Assembly: GCA_018304385.1 (NCBI GenBank)
Contig: JAGVWJ010000015.1
Coordinates: 1-57,724 of the forward strand
Reading direction: 5' to 3'
DNA length: 57,724 nt
From: Candidatus Micrarchaeota archaeon
GTDB lineage: Archaea > Micrarchaeota > Micrarchaeia > Anstonellales > Bilamarchaeaceae
Below are positions 53,988-57,724 of the stretch, piece by piece. The notes under the pieces were generated by a model. The model searched no databases and was not told the origin of the DNA. It was given only the letters and a program-made list of their open reading frames with translations. How positions within the stretch are numbered: position 1 is the stretch's first letter; every line of letters starts with the position of its first letter. The translations under genes were made by a program, and so were the position numbers.

Positions 53988-55110
53988 GCGCTAGTTCTGC
54001 GCCTTTGACCATGTTTTGTAGTTTTGCGTAAGCAATGTTCCACTGCCTGGTGCGAAGCCCACAATCAGGATTTACCTGAACCCTGGAAGCATTACCTATG
54101 ATAGTTTTAGCATACAACAACCGATCCCTAACTACCTCTGGTGTCTCGATTAAATCAGAATGAACATCAATCACACCAACGCCAATGGTTACATCCATTT
54201 TATGCTCTTTGAAAAGCTCGATCATTCTAAATGCTTCTTTGCTAACTACGCTGCTAGATGCATGGTTTGTGAACTCTATAAGATAGCTATCTGCCTTGCA
54301 AGATGCAAGCGAAGGAAAAAGCGCTGGATAGTTACTATAACAAAGATGAACTGCTTTTTCAATATTGCGAGCACCTTCAAAACAAGCATTTATTGCATCA
54401 ACAAAAAAATCAGACTCTTGCTCTTTTGTAGCTGCTGCAGGTTCATCTATTTGTATTACAGTTGCGCCTGCTTCTACTAGCTGAAGCACTATTGGATTAA
54501 GGACATTTCTAGCAAAGTCTAGTGTTGCATCCCTTCTTCCAAAAGCTATTGCATCCTTAGGTGCTAAGCCTTTCTTTTCGTAAATATTTCTATAATGTTC
54601 AACATAAGACCAATCCATCATAGTATAAGGTCCAGTTAAACATGGTTTTACAATTTTTTTTGTATGTTTTTTTACAAACTCGAATTCATTTACAAAAAAA
54701 CTAATTCTATCTTCCTTAACAGAAACTATATCAGTTATTATTCCTTTTCTGAAATAATTCGCATCAAAAGAGTTAAGCACACCTGCAGTAGATATTCCAT
54801 TTGTATGCTTTGCAAGAAAATCGTACATCTCAGTTCTTGTCTGTTCACCGTTATAAATTCGATCCAGACCTGCATGCTCAAGCATTTTTATTACATACAA
54901 TGAAGAAATTTCAATTATTCTTTCCTTTTCTTCTGAGGTTCTCTCTTTCTTTCGTAATATATTCGCAAGCTCATTTTTTTCTTCAACATTTAATTTCTCG
55001 CCCCATTCAAGGGCTGATGCTATCCACTCTTCATTTGGAGGCGCGTCTAATTTCTGGCGCCATAGTGGTCTTTGGATACTTCCTATTTCTTGGGTAATAA
55101 AATCAGTCAT
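53971..55110 (-). CDS. cobalamin-independent methionine synthase catalytic-domain protein (MetE C-terminal type)
   Basis: IQIDEPA, VHLCYSNY (His/Cys Zn ligands), NPDCGLRTR. Confidence 0.8.
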   Translation of the reverse strand: MTDFITQEIGSIQRPLWRQKLDAPPNEEWIASALEWGEKLNVEEKNELANILRKKERTSEEKERIIEISSLYVIKMLEHAGLDRIYNGEQTRTEMYDFLAKHTNGISTAGVLNSFDANYFRKGIITDIVSVKEDRISFFVNEFEFVKKHTKKIVKPCLTGPYTMMDWSYVEHYRNIYEKKGLAPKDAIAFGRRDATLDFARNVLNPIVLQLVEAGATVIQIDEPAAATKEQESDFFVDAINACFEGARNIEKAVHLCYSNYPALFPSLASCKADSYLIEFTNHASSSVVSKEAFRMIELFKEHKMDVTIGVGVIDVHSDLIETPEVVRDRLLYAKTIIGNASRVQVNPDCGLRTRQWNIAYAKLQNMVKGAELARAAGV

Positions 55111-56014
55111 TAGTTCTCACCTTAGAAAATTCATTAAGCGCATTAATTTTTTGTAGCGCAATATCAAACGGAACATCAAAAAGTCGGTCGTTTGTTCCAA
55201 TGTAATAACCAGAGAATTTCGCCTTTTCCAGTAGTTTTACCTGTTTTCTGATATAATCTACGGACTCAACTGCTGCACGTGCACCATCAACAATACCTAA
55301 AAGAACATCTTTTTCAGTTTTTATAGAACTAAGATTAGTGTAAAGTGCATCAATACCTATGAAATCAATTTTGCTATCGTCGAAAAAACGTAAAATGCTT
55401 GATGAATCAATAAGCGGGAAATGCACACCAACTTTTATATTTTTTATTTGTTCTAGTGCATCATTTAGCCAAATTATAGGGCTTACATATTCAACAAAAA
55501 GCAGACATTTGTAGTTTTTCTCTTTTAATTTTTCTACGCTCTTTGACAATGCTTTCACATAATCAATAGCAATTTCTGCCTGATCGTTGTAATGAGAATT
55601 ATCAACTAATTTTACAAATGTATGGGGCCCTGGAACGAAGACAACTCCATTGTTAATGATAGGAATTGATTCTGCAAGCTCTTGGCCATTGCAATTTATT
55701 TTTCCAATTACAGTTGGTCTTCTATAGAATGAATTTGTTCTAAACCATCTTGTTACTGGCCAGGTAGCTTTGCTAAAACCATGAAAAGATAGAGCAATAG
55801 GTCTAAGTATATCCAACCAATCGCTTTGACCAGCTGAAACAAATGCAAAATGCTGCTGGTTACTTAAAATTAGCTCTTGGTCTTGTTTTATTGCTTTTGT
55901 AAAATCTTCTGCAGTAGCCTGTCCATCTCTTAAGAGCCTGTGCACAGCTGCTGTTTTAGCTGATCTAGAAACCTGACCAGTAAGTAATGTTCCTTTGAAG
56001 TTTTCATCTGCCAT
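55103..56014 (-). CDS. MetE N-terminal-domain-like protein
   Basis: VTRWFRTNSFYRRP resembles the KWFDTNYHY(I/L)VPE motif of the MetE N-terminal domain. It overlaps the downstream catalytic gene by 8 nt. Confidence 0.6.
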   Translation of the reverse strand: MADENFKGTLLTGQVSRSAKTAAVHRLLRDGQATAEDFTKAIKQDQELILSNQQHFAFVSAGQSDWLDILRPIALSFHGFSKATWPVTRWFRTNSFYRRPTVIGKINCNGQELAESIPIINNGVVFVPGPHTFVKLVDNSHYNDQAEIAIDYVKALSKSVEKLKEKNYKCLLFVEYVSPIIWLNDALEQIKNIKVGVHFPLIDSSSILRFFDDSKIDFIGIDALYTNLSSIKTEKDVLLGIVDGARAAVESVDYIRKQVKLLEKAKFSGYYIGTNDRLFDVPFDIALQKINALNEFSKVRTND

Positions 56015-56149
56015 GATATAAAATAACCAATAAGATTAATAAATATTCCTTAAGTAATATTTTTAGAATAAAAAATTCTAAAAGGAATAATAATCTAAAT
56101 TCCTGGTTTTAACCAAAACTGAATACTGAAAACTCGAAACATAATAAAA

Positions 56150-56404
56150 TGCGCCCGCCGGGATTCGAACCCGGGTCAATAGCTTTCCGCCTTTTAGGAA
56201 AAGGCGGCCCAAAACCGCCAATTCAAAAAAATGGAAGGCTATGATCCTACCATTGTCCGTTGAAGCCCTTTATAATCACGTCTTTTTCTAAGATCAAAAG
56301 GGCTCTTCATCCCAAACAAGAAAACCCTGTTTTGGGGTTGCGCTAGCCCTTTTTCCTTGATGCTTCATAGGATTGTAAAAGGGCTGGCACTAGACTACAG
56401 GCGC
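56150..56404 (-). tRNA. tRNA-Gly (TCC) with two introns
   Basis: Acceptor GCGCCTG/CGGGCGC plus A. Anticodon arm ATAGC-CTTCCA[56185..56231]A-GCTAT, anticodon at 56233..56235. T arm CCGGG-TTCGAAT-CCCGG. D arm GTCT-AGTG[about 56252..56387]GGTA-GGAT. Exons sum to 72 nt. Confidence 0.85.
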
Positions 56405-56470
56405 GTAAAATTAGATATTACTAAGCTTGTTTTTTTAAATAATTGCTTAATGCTAAAGAGATGTGCACTT

Positions 56471-56884
56471 TCACTCACTTAAAATTTTTATCAGATCAGA
56501 AATTGAGATTACTTTTACCTTATTCTGGCCTTCCATTAAGTCTGGATCATTTGACCAGATTGTGAGGTGCAACTTCAATGCAAGCGCTATAAAAGGCCAA
56601 TCACTTTCATCCCTTTTACATATCTCCTTTGCAACTAGTTCTTTTTCTACATATTCTTCAAATGGGATTATTTCTATTTGTTTTAGTACTAATGTCAAAG
56701 ACTCATGAAATTGCTCTTCAGTTAGTCTACCACATTCCTTAAATTTCTCTTTATTCTTTAATATTTCAGGCTCTAGCCTTTCCGGAGAATAAAGCTTTAG
56801 AAGTGGATTAAAAACAAGATTTCTTGTGGAGCCGTCTTTAAGAACAGCGGCAACCACTACACTTGTGTCAACCACTAATTCCAT
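56471..56884 (-). CDS. PIN-domain protein (VapC-like toxin), paralog of 1678..2097
   Basis: MELVVDTSVVVAAVL, NPLLKLYSPE, DESDWPFIALAL, IWSNDPDL. Confidence 0.65.
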   Translation of the reverse strand: MELVVDTSVVVAAVLKDGSTRNLVFNPLLKLYSPERLEPEILKNKEKFKECGRLTEEQFHESLTLVLKQIEIIPFEEYVEKELVAKEICKRDESDWPFIALALKLHLTIWSNDPDLMEGQNKVKVISISDLIKILSE

Positions 56885-56885
56885 T

Positions 56886-57122
56886 TTAAGACCTACTAAC
56901 CTGCTCGTTATGCCACTCTGCCATACCTTTCTTAATTAATTTTGCAAGATCAAGCACATCTTTATCACTAGCCTTGCTTGTCTTTGTTAGTTTATTTAAT
57001 AATTCTAATTCCCGTGCTTTCTGCCACCAAGCTTGCCTTGCTACCTCGCTCCAGTTTATTTCTGGGTGGGCATCGATTAGTTTTTTTAATTCCCCCGGAA
57101 CTGCGATTGTCATGTTTACCAT
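56886..57122 (-). CDS. putative antitoxin, paralog of 1441..1677
   Basis: MVNMTIAVPGELKK..INWSEVARQAWWQKARELELL. Start at ATG 57122 or 57113; the paralog alignment favours 57113. The track start 57170 is unlikely. Confidence 0.5.
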   Translation of the reverse strand: MVNMTIAVPGELKKLIDAHPEINWSEVARQAWWQKARELELLNKLTKTSKASDKDVLDLAKLIKKGMAEWHNEQVSRS

Positions 57123-57163
57123 ATTAATCACGTATAAATATGTGTAATAAGGTCTTATAAATG

Positions 57164-57724
57164 TTAGCAATTCTGATAACTTGCTTTAAAAACCTCAAAC
57201 AATTTCGGGCAAATAGCTGCATTCTCTTGGAATGTGTTGAGCGTACCATCATCATAACTTGTTCCACCCATAACTTCATTACATTTCTCAGTACCAAAAT
57301 GATCGTAATTGCCATGTTCTCCAAAATGATGCATCAGCTCGTGAACAGTAGACGCTGCAAGGAAATTGTATTTATTCTGATTATAGAATGAGTTCAAAGA
57401 TTCATTATCATTACATTGATAGTAATTTAATTCACTATTAAAAATGCATGCAGTTCCAGGTCTATTTCTACATTCTCCGTCTATTGATACATTATTTATA
57501 TGTACTGGATTTTTTGGATCACTGGAATCATATCCGCAGCTTGAATACATGTGTTTCCAATCCATTAGTCCGCCGTAAACACGATTTGTTTTACCATCCT
57601 GAGGATCCTTATATCTATTACAAACTCCTGCAAGATCAATGCCAATTGCATAGCCACCATAAGTTGCAGAGGTATCGTCTGCCCTTAAAAATATAAAAAA
57701 TTCGGGTGGATCTTCGCTTTCGTA
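57164..57724 (-). CDS. zinc-metalloprotease-like protein, C-terminal part (5' end outside window)
   Basis: HELMHHFGEH (HExxH). The frame stays open from 57565 to the window end (..YGGYAIGIDLAGVCNRYKDPQDGKTNRVYGGLMDWKH..), so the track's Met 57565 is internal. Confidence 0.55.
   Translation of the reverse strand, partial: YESEDPPEFFIFLRADDTSATYGGYAIGIDLAGVCNRYKDPQDGKTNRVYGGLMDWKHMYSSCGYDSSDPKNPVHINNVSIDGECRNRPGTACIFNSELNYYQCNDNESLNSFYNQNKYNFLAASTVHELMHHFGEHGNYDHFGTEKCNEVMGGTSYDDGTLNTFQENAAICPKLFEVFKASYQNC

Overview
AT-rich, tightly packed archaeal chromosomal segment. Archaeal identity rests on the thermosome, FEN1, SRP54, aMBF1, an AEP/PriS-like primase, a class I CCA-adding enzyme, two PurP paralogs, an RNase P RNA and multi-intron tRNAs. 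gyrA and gyrB are also present. A small-genome, uncultivated (DPANN-like) lineage is my inference only. I call about 65 protein genes, 3 tRNA genes (all with 2-3 introns, some at non-canonical positions) and one unusually short RNase P RNA. I saw no rRNA, no CRISPR array and no recognisable transposase or integrase. Core genes are interleaved with orphan genes that look richer in G+C and Arg by eye (not quantified). Most unusual observations: (1) a dispersed family of GC-rich arrays with 7-nt periodicity (about GRGCMNT x4-5) sits at gene boundaries and also forms the 5' coding end of a two-member orphan gene family that shares a promoter. (2) Two such arrays lie in direct orientation around a 2.3 kb G+C-rich islet of small orphan genes. 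(3) A tightly coupled three-gene orphan operon has near-identical TGAGGTGA-N5-ATG junctions, and two of its otherwise unrelated proteins share a C-terminal peptide motif. (4) A candidate RNase P RNA of about 206 nt retains the P4 core. (5) The large D-loop introns of two different tRNA genes share hairpin modules. All functional interpretations are hypotheses; no database search or computation was run.
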